Assembly (NCBI GenBank): GCA_030248215.1
Contig: JASANG010002430.1
Location: 62,001-126,000 of the forward strand
From: Enoplolaimus lenunculus
Lineage: Eukaryota
Length of the DNA: 64,000 nt
Direction: 5' to 3'
Below, piece after piece: positions 1 to 14,400 of this stretch (position 1 is its first letter; each line of letters opens with the position of its first letter). Position numbers and translations under genes: made by a program. The notes under the pieces were generated by a model. It worked only from the letters and a program-made list of their open reading frames with translations, was not told where the DNA came from and made no database searches.

Positions 1-130
1 CGAAAACGCAACATTTTGCCATTGACCAGTTCTCTTGTTATCATCCAGTTAAACTTCAATTTCAATTTCAATCGTTGTGTCCGCAGCTGGTACTACCAAC
101 GCCGCTACGCTCACGCTCAAAACAACCGTA

Positions 131-1739
131 ATGGGACTGATTTGCTCGTGTGGACTTGACAAAAATGAAATCAGCGTTCCGTTTTTGTCAGAAGATGAAA
201 AATTAGCAATCAAACAATCGTGGTGCGATATGCACAAGCTTAGTCCAGACCTCGATATGATTTTTGTCAAAATGATGGAACATCGAAATCCTTTGGCTCG
301 ACTAGTGATGGGCGCCGCAAATCAAATGATGTTCGGTCAAGTTGAGGCAAAAATGCGAACACAATTTCGGTCGATTGTCAATTTGTTTCACGGTACTAAT
401 AGAAGGACAGTGGCTAGGGTGTCCGAGCCTTTCACCGTCGCACCTGCGAGGTGGTTCCACCTCATAAGTGACCACCTGGGGCGTAGGAGTCTTTTCAGTT
501 AATCCCTCCAGCCCGCGTTTACCCAAAATTGGCTTGATTTTGAAAATTTTTGCATATTTAAGCTTCTCATGACCTCCATGTCTGAATTTGAATTTTGAAA
601 ATTTCGATTTTTTAAGATCCCAAGGTCCTCCCATGGGACACAAAAAAATTTTTAATTAACCTACCAAAAATTCCAAGTTAGGCGTGGAATGATCCATTCA
701 AAGTTAGAAGGAGCTCAAACATGCAAAAATCTTAAAATGAAACCATTTTTGGGCAAACGCGGGCTGGGGAAACGGAAAAGACCCTGACGCAGTAGCATAG
801 CTAAAAATGGGGGCTGGGAACATGCGCGTGAGCACAAGCATGATAAATTGCACGCAAAAAAGAGTTAAATTTCCATAGTTTCAGTATTCGATGGTTATTA
901 AAACCCAATCGCTGTGTAGCTCGTAGTCACAAACGGGAAAGAAACTTTGGCTCCCCTTTTGACTAAAATTAAATGCCTGACTGTTTAATGTTTTAATTTA
1001 ATTTTTCTATGCAGTTGTTTTGGGCGTAACTTTCTGTTGAGATGGTTACGGGCTTAAAGCGTTCTTCTTTACAGTTAACAGGTGATCCACACTGGGTTGC
1101 ATACTCTGGTCTAAGATTTTTGACTGAAATTAAACGTGATTTTGAGTGTTAGGGCAAAACATTCTGTAGCAATGTAGGGGAAAATTGAGAATGTATAGAA
1201 CAGGGCCTGTAACACTAGTATACGGATTCTCTTTAGCCTAAGCCTAAGTCAAAGCCTAGTCATAACTATAAGCGTACACATATTAAAGCCTATGCCTAAA
1301 AAAATTAGTCTAAAGCGTATGCTTACTCTATTGCAGTCCCGCAGAAATCATTCCACCCCTGATTTTTTCATTGTACGTTTACATTAGTGAATGATGTAAG
1401 TAGGTAAATTTTTGCCAAAATATATTATATACGCAAATGATTTCAGTGCTCATTATGACGTACAATTTGGACGATTCCGAGGTAACCGTATCGTGTGAAC
1501 TTTTCGGCCAAGACGACGCTGAAGAAGAAATTCGAAACGGTGGCGATCGATGTCAAATTCAAGAAGTTTCGCTTTTTTTACAAATGATCGTTGCGCATTT
1601 AATTGAATCTCAACACCAAGAAGTATCACTGATTAACGCGTGGAAAAAACTCGGCACAAATATTATTCGCTCGATGAAAGATGGGGCGTACTGGGCTGAA
1701 GAACGATGGGGCGTTCATTTAAATAATCATCTAGACTGA
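131..1739 (+). CDS. Globin-fold protein, 2 exons (131-392, 1447-1739), N-terminal MGxxCxC acylation motif
   Basis: A phase-1 GT..TTTCAG intron joins MGLICSC...FLSEDEKLAIKQSW (globin A-helix pattern)...KMRTQFRSIVNLFH to VLIMTYNLDD...ELFGQDDA...INAWKKLGTNIIRSMKDG (H-helix AWxK pattern). TGA at 1737-1739. Confidence 0.72.
481..790. mobile_element. MITE-like inverted-repeat element in the globin intron
   Basis: Imperfect ~50-bp TIRs: GTCTTTTCAGTTAATCCCTCCAGCCCGCGTTTACCCAAAAT versus ATTTTTGGGCAAACGCGGGCTGGGGAAACGGAAAAGAC. Confidence 0.6.
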
Positions 1740-3285
1740 GGGAATATATAATGTATGCTGGACTGTGGTATATTTTGTTACATGCCCCGTGTTGAAGCGT
1801 TACGTATGGCCGAGTGGTATGCTCGATTGGAATTGGTGCCAAATTCATCGGGGTTCCAATCCTAGTTGCAATATAGTTTTGTGAACACTTGATTGCTTTA
1901 TACAGAAATTTTATGTTGTGTTGATATGTGAATGCTTTTGCGGGTCTTATTTGCATCGGTTTATGAGTATTTAAATATGCAAGAATCCATGGCTAGTGTT
2001 ATGCTTTTAAAACATTCTTACAATGCGAATTGAAAGAATTTTGCAACTTTTATAAAATTGCAAAGCACAGTTTGAAAAACAGTAAAGTTTCGAAACACAA
2101 AGGAATGAGCCCCTTTTAATTTGTTCGGCTTCCCGAGCAAAGGAATGCGCCTTATGCGTTCGCCCTTACCCTTAGGAACATGCTTAAATTTGTTTTGATC
2201 GTTGTGTAAGTACGAACTTACCCGATATATATGAACCCGTTCACTATTAAATCAGTGAATAAAACGCTTAAAACAATACCAACATTAGACAGATTACCGA
2301 AGAAGCCGCCACAAATGAAACAAAATAAATTTAAAGCTTAGTTACATTTATACATATATAACAATAAATTGTTGGATTTATATACAGCTTGTCTCTACAT
2401 TTAAAATTAAGCCAAAGACTTTGACAAAAAAGTTAATCAGACTTTAAGCCTTTTACGAAACGGAAGACTAAAGACTAAAGGTAAGTTTAGTCGAAGCGTA
2501 TAGGAGTCAAATGATATCTAACTGTTTACTAAAACATATTATCTCATTGCACAAAAACGGCGGATACCCCAACCATGGCAATCGCCACAGCTGGTGCGGA
2601 GTGGTGAAAAGGTATATTTTTAAATTTTAACAATTTCCGTGCAACATTGATTATACACTATTTGGTGTACAACGTGGGGTTCGTTGGACCTCAATTTATT
2701 TCTCGCTCAAGATTTTATTGGCAGTAATCAAAGACAATAAAAGATAAACAGGTTTCATTCTAAATCATATTAAGCAAAAGAAAATGCCCTCCCGTAGTTT
2801 GGACCGGTAACACGACCAGGGTGCAAAGGGATAGCAAAAATAACGGAAACGGAAACGGGTAGTGATCAAAATAACGAAAACGGAAACAAAGCATAAACTG
2901 ACACCGCATTTTTTTACTTTAGTATAGTTACTGAGGATATATTTCGGCACTGAAAACTGACACGCATATATGCTCCTGTTGCAGCGTCTCAAAGCATTTT
3001 CAATGAATTAAAAATAAAATACGTTTAAAATAACACAAATAATGGTCACTGTTTACTTTGAGAACGATATTGGTTGCACGTATCTGCAATGGGAGGCGCC
3101 CCGGCCGTGCCCCCCAACAGCATCTCGACAAAAATTATATAGCAATTTTATGGCAATAGTTCGTGGTTTGTATGTGGGTGAAAAAATTAGTTTATTACCT
3201 GTGAAATTTTGGCCCCCCATTTTGAAATCCTGGATCCGCCACTGCGTATCTGCTATATTTGCCCCATAGTACTCGTCGTGCCATA

Positions 3286-3737
3286 CTGTAGTGACCCGAA
3301 TAAGAGGGGGGACTGATTTGTGTTTGGCCTCTCCAGACGGTATCCCCCTTGTTATTCGGTTACGGACTGTTATTTATTTTTAACCCACGCTCCGCCACCC
3401 TTCGTTACTGATATATATCCGGTACTTACTACAACTATCCGTTGAATTAAACGTTTATTTGTCTTGCGTCAATAGCTTGAGCGATCATGCAAGATTATAC
3501 CTAGGAATGTACTTTCATAATTTAAAGTACGCCTTAAAGATTCGAACTCAATTTTATTTGGTCCTGGAGTCATTTATGCACTACAATTAGGAATAACTGA
3601 CCTTCATTGAATCTAATTAGGATTTAGGGACTCTATTCGCTTACGGACTCTTAGTATTGATACGGACTCCTATTAATTGGGACTCAAAATGGGACCCCCT
3701 CTTATTACTCAACACCCTCTTATTCGGGTCACTACAG
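3286..3737. mobile_element. Tc1/mariner-type MITE (family A)
   Basis: TIRs CTGTAGTGACCCGAATAAGAGGG / CCCTCTTATTCGGGTCACTACAG flanked by TA on both sides. Other copies at 34047-34483 and 48105-48290. Confidence 0.85.
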
Positions 3738-4679
3738 TATTCTATATCACGCAAAAGTTTGGCTTATACTCAATTCCTAGATTTAGGCCTTTTTGACCCG
3801 TGTGGCTAAAAAATGAGAAGCCAGCCCTCAATTTTAACATAGACTGAACAGAAAAATTAGCCTCTAGCCTAAGCTTATTCAATTGCAGATTCGCGGAAAA
3901 ACGGTCGGCCCCTGTTCTATGCATGGGCCGCCGATATTTAGCGTACTGCAGTGGCTTAACTTATAGTTGCAGGTCTAATAATAACTAATTTGTCAAAATA
4001 AGAGTTCCACCTTCTTAAATGTACAATTTTCAGGATTTGTAACATATGTAGAGAAAAGACATGAAAAACATAAAGCTGGACATACTAAATGCAAACATAA
4101 ATCAGTACTTTGAACGCTAATTATACAACACAAACAAGAAACACTGATAAATTCAAAAATAAAAATTTATATAGCTCAAAGTTCAGCAACCAAAACCGTT
4201 CGGAAGCCAGAACTAAAAAGAAACACAGTTTGTTTCGATAAGTTTTCATGAGTGAAAAAGTTATCAACCCCCAAAACTCAATGCTATTTGCAGCTTGGGT
4301 GACAGAGAATTTAAAACGTAACTTTTTCAATCTTGATACTCTCGCTCCTTATAAAACTTTCTCTCCTGTTGTTCGGAATTTTGTGGTCGCATCATGTCAA
4401 ACTTTTTGCACCTATACGATACGCATAACACCTACGCCTATAAAATCCTCGATTTCTTCGTGAACCAGATTCAAAGACAACGTAAACGTAACTAAGAATT
4501 TGAATTACTACAACAGCACGATGTTAGAACGCGAATACCAACCAGCATCAAAATACAAACCAAAAAATAAGTAGGAACAGGTTAATATATGTTGCGTAAA
4601 ATAAGTGTAAAGTCGCATGGTCTGGTTCAAATTCAGGTTAATCATTTGTAGTGTGCTGAATGGAGAAATTCAAGACTTT

Positions 4680-5350
4680 TGTCACTCACACGTTACCGTT
4701 TGTAGGTTGCGCACAAATAAAGTCCACCCTGTTCTGCTGGAACGGTATGGACGTCCATACCGTCTACCAGTCCTACGTTTTGTCCACTGGCGACATAGCT
4801 ATTAAGCGGACATTTATGAGTTCAGCGCAACGGTGTGCGGACAAAATTTATGTGGCAATAACGGTGTAGCTAGCTAAAGTTTTAAATGTTAGTTCTTACA
4901 TACGCCACAAATTTTAAAAGTAGCTAGTATGCGCGAAATCATTTAAAATGTTTGTAAAAGTTCAGTTCTGAGCTGGACTGGGGTATATTTGGCGTCAGGG
5001 CTCAAAAATGATCAAATTTTTAATGCACTTGGCTACAGTAACGTTTTGGATTTTTCAATCTTAAGTGCTGACATCTCAATTTAGAGCACCAAAGATGCGT
5101 TTTACGTCGGCTAAAACATAATGCAACTTTAATCAATTTGAAATAATTTAGTATTGTATAAGTCGCATAAAAACACTGTATCGGACATACATTAGAAATA
5201 TTGATAGCTATGCGGACATTTTTCCCTCAGAACAAACGGTATCGAAATGTCCGCTTTTATAGTTCAAGTAGCGGCGGACATTTATTTAGCTAACTATACT
5301 GTAGGACGTTACTCGTGCGCAGAGTGCTTTTAGTAACGTGTGACTGACAT
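4680..5350. mobile_element. Degenerate TIR element
   Basis: TGTCACTCACACGTTAC at the left end versus GTAACGTGTGACTGACA at the right end; internal repeated GCGGACATTT motifs. Confidence 0.45.
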
Positions 5351-7117
5351 TTACCCATGGCGTTAAAATTATACGGAAAAATAACGGAAGAAAACAGATG
5401 TTTTGAGTATAGCAGGTTTATTTTTTAAGTTTTCAAAATGTTTCTTGTTAAATGTCAATACAAGTTGAAATATTTTGTTTCTTGTATAATTTAAGTTAGA
5501 CTTGCTCCAAAAATAAGGTCTTCAACTTTCGAAAAACTGTGATTTAATTAAATTTAGTAGTTAGTACTAAAGAGGTTCTATTTTAGTTTAACTTTTTTGA
5601 AAATATTCTGAATGACAGCATTTTGTTTAAGGTTTTGAATTTTGATACTATAAATCGTAGTAAATATGATCTGACTACAAATGTGCAAATATTTCATTAC
5701 ACAACAAATTTCAATCGCACAAAGTACTAAAGCTTCCACAGCACAAAAACGGATGATTTGCCTGTTGTAAAAATGATATTAGAATAATCAAATTACTATT
5801 TTATTACTAATATCAACGTTTGATAACAAATAATGATAAGCACGCTGTGCACACTACAGACTACAGAGGTGTCATATACCTAAAAAACGTGCATATGTCA
5901 GCTAAAGTGGCCACAATCTTTTGGTATTGAGTCTGGAAAAAAATCTGCCAACAGGATATATCGCTTTTATTGCCGATACATAAAAAGAAATGAACCTGAA
6001 GTTAGGTTCGGAGCTAAATCGCAGCATACATCGGAAATAAATGTTGCATCAACACGAACCAGCAAAATACAAATCGATGTAGCATCTAGCATCATTTTAA
6101 GATAAATGATGTAAGTACGGATGCAACTCGCATTCCGGTTTGATTAGAAAACCGTTTTTGTAGCATAATCTTCAGCAACGTAGGACTGGTAGAGCGAGAG
6201 GTGACTCAACTGTCACAAATTTGTGTCCGCCACAGAGGAGCCAAGGCTACTTTAGCAAAGTACTCTTGAGTTCACCGTTGCCTATATACAGAACTGCCTG
6301 TAAGCTCGGCAACCGGGAGGGGATGCATCCCCCATCCCCCCTGTATCCGCCCTTGGTTTTCCGCGATGTTTTGTCGCTGTTTTGCGAGTTTACTGAGATT
6401 ATTACTAAATTAGTTTTTTTTTCGCTTTTCCACCCCCTAAAGAAAGGAGAAAAAAACGGAAAAAAGGCGTTTTTATTCCGTTCGTTTTTCCGGTGCCCAG
6501 CCCTACCGTCACTATACTTAGGCTTTTATAGCATTATATATTAAACATTTAAAGCCTTCGTGTAATCCAAAAGCCCCCACGTTGCAATCGCATAGAGTAT
6601 TTTCATAGGGCCGCGTTTTAACAACATTGTAACCAGTCACAACAAAAAGGTTGCTAAAATATCCGATAAAAGCACGTTAACGGTGGGCCAAAACAATTTA
6701 CCACAATTGGCGTTTGTCTACATTTCAGGCAATGCTTGCAGTGCAGCACACTACTGAACTGAGTGTATATATAAATTTTTAAATTATGCAGGTACAATAG
6801 AGCTACTGATTAATTAGAACATATTAAATAATCGTCGCCTATTTTAACTTAATTGTGCTCATTTTTTATTAATTGCAAGGAAGTTTTTGTAATCATTAAT
6901 TATTTTAGATTTCAACAAAATTTAACTGAAAAAATGAAACTGGCAGCAAAAACCTTCTTACACCACTCACAAAAAGTATAATCTTTAATATTTCTCGTAA
7001 TCGGTCGCAGTATTTTCATATTTTGGTATATGTGTATATGTATGGCATATCTTGCGTCCCATAGAGGTATACGATTTGTTAATCACAAAGCTAGTAGTTT
7101 TTAAATCTAAATTTTGA

Positions 7118-7571
7118 AGCCCTATTCACATGTGAAAGTTTTTGAAGCACAAGTTTGCATTAGCAAATAAATTCAAACATCAAACTTGTTTTATATTTCG
7201 CAGTGTACGGCGCTTGTCACGGAGGTTGTTTAGCGCTTTCAAGTCGAGAAATTTCGAGGTGGGTCTTTTTTACGCGTGAATGTTTCATGCAGGTAAAACT
7301 TGCAGAAGCAAGTTTTTTCAATAATTCATACGAAGAACTTGCAGCTGCGATTTATTCATAATAAATATGTGCCAGGCATTAATTCATATGTATAAGTAGC
7401 CTTGTAAGTCGAATTCATGCAGAGCATCATTCGCTGAACAGATATTTATAGCGTATGCTTTATATTTATTGCAATAGTGTGCAAATTATTCATAAAAATT
7501 CATGTCAAGTTTCATAATGAAATCATGCTTCCTTGCAATCGCAGAAAAAACTTGTACGTGTGAATAGGGCT
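7118..7571. mobile_element. PIF/Harbinger-like MITE
   Basis: TIRs AGCCCTATTCACATGT / ACGTGTGAATAGGGCT with TGA/TAA flanks, resembling a TWA target duplication. Confidence 0.6.
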
Positions 7572-8489
7572 TAAAAAGTTACACACATGCTTCAAAAAGA
7601 ACTGCTTGTGCGCGCTGAATTCTGGATTGCTGACATGTGAAATTTTCGCAGGATAATACGATAATTTGTTTGCGGTATTTGTTTAAAAACCGGTTGCATA
7701 AATGGCTGAATGGGGTGCTATCCACGGCGCAACGTGATTATCTCAGGTCCATGGTACATGAGATAGCGGCTGTATTTAATCGATGAGCATGGCAACTGCT
7801 GCTTTGCTAAACAAGCAAATATTACTTAATACATATTAGCTGGACGGTTTAACGGGCGTTTTGATTTTTAAGGCAAAAATTGGGCTCAACTTTCGCTTAG
7901 GAGGGAAGAATTGGTGCATGATTATTGATTTTTTAAAAATTTTGATATACACATTCGTGTTCAGCTCGACCTGGGAACCCAAAAATATGTTAGTTGACTA
8001 TATTCCGTGCAAATTTTGGATTTTTTGTTTAATTTTCAATAGGAGAGGAACCCTCGGTAGAACAAGCGCAAAAATTGTGTTTTAAAAGCTCAAAAAACTA
8101 AATTGTGAGGTAACTCCCTTATTTTTGACTAAGCAGCTTTGTGGAGGTTTTCAGCCCCACGCTACACGACTATGCATTTTGGATTCTACGCCAGTTATAC
8201 TTTCTTCATCGTTTTCATGTAAGGGGGTCCCTTGGATATAATATTTTTTGAAATCTCAGGTCGAGCTGATAAGAATATATTAATATTTTTGCAAGAACCA
8301 TGGTTCCTGATTTTCCCCAAACCGATATACATAGTGCCTAAAATTTTGTGTACCGACATTTTAAAGCTGCAGTTCAGCTTCGTTTTGGTGTTTAGTTGTA
8401 TATACGTATACCATCAATTTCAGTCGCACTTGTTTAACACGACAAAACAGGAGTTTTTCACCTATGAGTATTTTAGGATTAAAATATTG

Positions 8490-11400
8490 ATGGGCATAAG
8501 TAATGACGCTGCGATTAGATCGTTATGCTGTCATATTAAGGGCGTAGAACACTTAAGTAAGTAGTTTTCTCAATTGCTAGTTACGTTTTAGTCAGACATC
8601 AGTAAATTACATATCAACTGTGAAGGAATTCTCTAGCTACAAGCATAAAATTATGGCAGGGTGCAACCGGAATTCCGGTTCCGGCATTTTTTCGCCTTCC
8701 GGTTTCGGTTCATGTAAATTTTTAAGGGAATTATAAATTCTGGTATTAAAATTTGGTAGGTGTAAATTAAGATATGTTATTAAAAAATGACGACAAAAAT
8801 GTAATAGATTTCATTCGTTTAGTTTGACATTCGCCGGAAATAAACCATCGAAGGTAGATTCCGCTTCGTGGAAAGTAAAAATGTAAAATACAGCAGATAA
8901 AGTGAATACGTATCTCCAACTAAGGGTATTTCAACAATAATATTGCAAAAAAGAAAATTAAAATGAATTTTTCGGTGACATGTATTTTTCATTTTCCGGT
9001 TCCGTTTCCGGTAATTTTTCCAAATTCCTGTTTCGGTTCTGGTTCCGGTAAAATTGTAATTCTGGTTGCAGCCTGAGGTATGATATATTCTTGCAGATTA
9101 TGTGCATATGCAACATTATGCTGTTCAATGTATATATGCTTGCCGGCAGCATGCGTGTTACTAGAGTCGACGATGAAAGTAGTAAGAGTGGCTGACTGCT
9201 AGATGTAGCGGTAGTTCGTTTTCCAAACGATCCTAAGGTCGTTATTCGCGCCACTCTCTGTATACAATTGAAGGCTGACTAATGACTTCTTGTCACTATT
9301 ACGCAGTGTAGTATTTCAACTGAATATATCGGTAAAATAATAATGACACTGCGTTTAATTTTATCATATATTTTATTTCAGACTGCATCTTGACAAGTTA
9401 TCATAAGTTTGTGGCAGCATTAAGTAGGTATGTTGTATAATTTATGAATTATTACAGTTTTCAATAATGTTTTGGTGGGGTTTCTCATTGTTTAAAACAC
9501 TTAAGGGGTGAAAATCGGATTTTCTAGTTAGACAGTGCGGAAAGCTCAGTGTAAGTAGCGTGGCCCAAATTTATGATGTGACTTAAGAATTTGCGTATAT
9601 GTGTAGTGGGGTGTGGCTATTGTGACACCCTAAATGAAAATTAAGCTGACGCCACTAAGTAAATAGGCTAAACAAGTGTTTGCTATATGTCGTAATTACA
9701 CATTGTGTTTATATGCGCACAATGAAAAATCTGTTCTAGTTTGTATAAAAGTAGTGTACCGTCAAAAAATGTATGTCGAAATCGAATAGCTCCACGGCCC
9801 ACCTGGGCAGGGCAATTCTGGCAGGGGTTGTGGGGCTAATATAACATTCTTTTAAAACGTGAGTAAATAAACTGTATCATAAAAATACTATAGGGCTATT
9901 TAAGCCTTACTTTTCCGCGTTCTGCACACGGTGGGTACGTAATGGTGTTAGTCCCACTTTTAGCAAGATGTCACAAAAGCACCACTCGACCATACGTTTT
10001 TAAGTACATATGCTGCTGTGACAGTGACCGGCAGAAATATATGTTCCTTAATCACGTTTGTTATTCGCTTTATAAATGTGGCTCGTGGTTACTATATTTT
10101 CAATGATTTGACTTGTATGCAAGTTACGTCCGTTGGTTAACTTAGTCAATAAACGCATTAACAGTGACTTCACAACATGGGAGTTTCAAGAAAATGTCGC
10201 GTGACGCGATATGGTAAAAACTGTACCGTGCTCCCAGGGACATGCTTACGCAAAAGGTACATAAAATTTGAAGTTTAGTGTATTTTGCTGGCCCCGGTAT
10301 CGGAGCCCGGACCAGGTCCCGGGTAAAATCCTAGCCCCGGGACATCTTTAAAGCTTTATATCGCATGAATTACAAGTCATACATAAGTGACTTAAGAATT
10401 TGCGTATATGTGTAGTGGGGTGTGGCTATTGTGACACCCTAAATGAAAATTAAGCTGACGCCACTAAGTAAATAGGCTAAACAAGTGTTTGCTATATGTC
10501 GTAATTACACATTGTGTTTATATGCGCACAATGAAAAATCTGTTCTAGTTTGTATAAAAGTAGTGTACCGTCAAAAAATGTATGTCGAAATCGAATAGCT
10601 CCACGGCCCACCTGGGCAGGGCAATTCTGGCAGGGGTTGTGGGGCTAATATAACATTCTTTTAAAACGTGAGATAAATAAACTGTATCATAAAAATACGA
10701 TAGGGCTATTTACGCCTTACTTTTCCGCGTTCTGCACACGGTGGGTACGTAATGGTGTTAGTCCCACTTTTAGCAAGATGTCACAAAAGCACCACTCGAC
10801 CATACGTTTTTAAGTACATATGCTGCTGTGACAGTGACCGGCAGAAATATATGTTCCTTAATCACGTTTGTTATTCGCTTTATAAATGTGGCTCGTGGTT
10901 ACTATATTTTCAATGATTTGACTTGTATGCAAGTTACGTCCGTTGGTTAACTTAGTCAATAAACGCATTAACAGTGACTTCACAACATGGGAGTTTCAAG
11001 AAAATGTCGCGTGACGCGATATGGTAAAAACTGTACCGTGCTCACAGGGACATGCTTACGCAAAAGGTACATAAAATTTGAACTTTAGTGTATTTTGCTG
11101 GCCCCGGTATCGGAGCCCGGACCAGGTCCCGGGTAAAATCCTAGCCCCGGGACATCTTTAAAGCTTTATATCGCATGAATTACAAGTCATACATAATTTT
11201 TAGCGCTGCTGATACAAACAAAACATACGCTTACGACGAGTTTGAGCAGATTGAAAATATCAAACGGCTGCGTAAGTTTTAAATTTATTTTATTTCGTAA
11301 ATTAAGTTAGGCATGCATTTAGGTGGATGGCATGGCAAATCCTGCAATTCGATGTATACATCCTTATATATTAGTATTTAAAATATTGTTTCGGTTTGTT

Positions 11401-14400
11401 ATTTTAGTAAACACCATTTGTTTGCACAGGAAACCCATTAATCTCAGTTTAAATTTCTTGTAAGGAAAATCAGCTGTCTTGGGCTAAATTATTTCAAAAG
11501 GCCACATCTCTTATTTACATTATTGTGACGTGCACCTGCTGTAATTGCCTTGTATTAGTTTTTTTGAACGAATTCTTTTCAGTCTACAAAGTCGACGTAT
11601 CGAAGTGTGTGCAATTTAGTCATTTGTGTCGTAAAATACAAACATCGGTAAGTAAATTTCATTCTAATTTCCTTATTTTTCAAGACTGACATTCTAAGTG
11701 TAGTAACGTAAACTAATTTGTCTACCTATGACTATGCTACTATAGGCTACCTATGTTTTAGTACTAATTATGAATTTTAATTCAGAATGATATACGCCGA
11801 CTCGGCTGTCTTCTGCGTTTTTTGTCGAAATTAAACCGTCTAGATTTGGAATTAGCAACTGCGACGCACCTATCGATTGATCGGAATATTAAATTGCAAA
11901 TGCCACACCCGTTATCAATTGAATCGGGTTCCTCATCGGTGCGAAGTTCAGCAAGCAAACCAAGCGTGAATTCAATTGAGGTATTTGATTGTTGTGTTTA
12001 ACAAAGTTGCATCGGACGAAAGGAACTATTTACGTTCGTTATTTTAGTACTTGTGTTGAGATGTGAGCGCTTTTAATTAGTTAAACGCTCATTTACAGCT
12101 AACTGGCTGTTACGCGGTGCAGGGTTCAGCCGGATATCGAAAAATACCGTAGTCGAATGTCGTTTTTTACTGGAGCTCGAACCGAATATCCGGTTATATC
12201 CTGACAAATTGAAAGATGTAACAGATTCTTTACACATTGATCATGGTAAGAGCTAGTCGCATCCCACAGATAAGTTAGGCCCTATATTGTTCAGGCTATT
12301 GTGGTAGTTTTGTTTTCTTCCTGATAACATTTCTTCACGACAGAGTTGCTTGTTTTTGGACATTTCAATGTTTTTGGATATTCCAGGTTAATGGACGGTG
12401 CAATCCAGATGATTTGCGTGCTGTTCCTTGCAGTTTGGGTTTGAGGTCGAAATATAACGGTATACAGTCGAATAATCCACGTGACAAGCCTGATGTAAAC
12501 TCTTATCAGACAAGGTATTTAACAGTTTCGATTTTGATTTTGCTGTAGTCGCATGCGTTTTAAAATTTCTGTTAATTTCCAATGCAAAGGACGTGCTGAT
12601 AATTTGTAAGAGTATGCTTCGTTCTGTAAGTGGCTCAAACGTACGGTATATAGAGTGCCATTTGAAGCGAATAATTTGCATGACGGTGTAGTGTCGTACT
12701 TAGTGCAGCGGGCCCGTATTCTATGAGTTGTACGCTCAAGCCCCAGCACAAGTTGCAACAACAATAAAATTTTTGTGACGACTGTTTATGTACATGGCGG
12801 GCACCGTATAATCGTATAATTCAAATACCTACGTACGTTATTCGAACGTTGACTTAAGATACAGGCATCACCATACGAGCATGGACTCAGAGACGGCTAG
12901 CAGATCAAGTACGTGTAGAGCAGGCGCGTTGTCGCTTCATCCTAATTTGCCGCCAGGTGGATCAAAAGATTGTGTGACAGCTGTATTCAATACCGCAGCT
13001 AGTGGCTCTCTATGCGGCCGTAATAAACGTATGTGTTTCTTATAAATCTGATCATATTGTCTAAAATACTACTACAATCTGAGTTTTGCGAGTAAAGGTG
13101 TTAAGTGTTTCCAGTGTGTCTTTTGCGAATCAGTTTGCCAAGAGTGGATCAAGGATGGGCGGTCTCGGCCAATTTTTGGTCGTAACCGAAAAAATTAAAA
13201 TTTTCAAAATTAATTATTTCTAATGTTTTTTGGTAGCATTTTGTGTTTTTTATAATTTTTTGTGTTTTTCACAACATCTGCTCGTAATTATTGCATTTCA
13301 TAATTTCACAGAAAAAATTTGATTCATCAATCATCACATACTTCAACAATACAATCATACATGAACATAATTTCCAAACCACCGAGACTTAAAAAACTGA
13401 GACCGAGACCGAAACCTGCCAAATACAGAGACTTGTCGAGACCGAGACTCCACGTCCACCGTAATTGTGGCCGTGTATTGTTATTACGGCGTTTGTACTA
13501 AAAGGTACTGTATTAATTAAGCATTTTAACTTTACAGAGTATTTTAGTTTCAGATGACTCGTTGTAACAATAGTGGATGATGATCACTTTCTTAAACAAG
13601 AGTACGCAACTGGGTGCATTCTGTGTTAGGGCCAAAGTGCAACACACGCTGATACATTTTGTACCGTCCAAAATTCAGCTAGTGTCACATTGTTATGTAT
13701 AAATCATTATCGCCTCTTGGTTTTGTGATTTAACACTGTTTGGTGATATTAATTTCATAGCCATTCATTGCTTCCAAAAACGAATACAGTAGTTTAAATG
13801 CGAAGTTCGCGTTAAAACCATTTTAGGCTCGGTCAAAGTTCCTGAAAACGATTTGATTCGTGACATTTTGTTTGTTTTACAAGGCATTGATGGTCAACAT
13901 GTACGGTTCTCACCTAAATTAGACTGTTACGTTATTGATGAAGTAGTGAGTGACATTTTGTTTACAGATCATTTTATCGTCGTTACCTACTAAGTCTTTT
14001 TGTAGTTTTGGCAACCATTTGGTTCGCTAATGCGAATGAAAATTATCACCATCAGAATGCGAGTGACTGCGTGTCAAAATACCGGAGTTGGATATTAAGT
14101 TTTGTACCTAAATGTGGTGGTGGAACCCTTTCATACATCTTTTTGCAAGTGTGCCCGATGTGCGAAATGTAATGTTATATTTAGGAATTGGTTTTTAACA
14201 TTTTGTTGACCGTTGATACTTAGTATCAGACAAATCAGGGTGCGATTGACAGCGTGTCACAGTGCCGGAGTCGAACAGTAAATCACCACCCTTGCAGACA
14301 TCTTGTTGCAAGGGTACCCGCTTTGCTAAATGTAATGTTATATTTAGCAATTGATTTTAAACATTTTGTTGATCGTTGATACCCAGTATCAGGCAAGAGT

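Noticed and set aside
10290..10345. Twister-like ribozyme in the GC-rich patch of the duplicated unit
   Set aside because: Only a superficial CCGG...CCCGGGTAAAA similarity; the conserved core and pseudoknot partners are missing.
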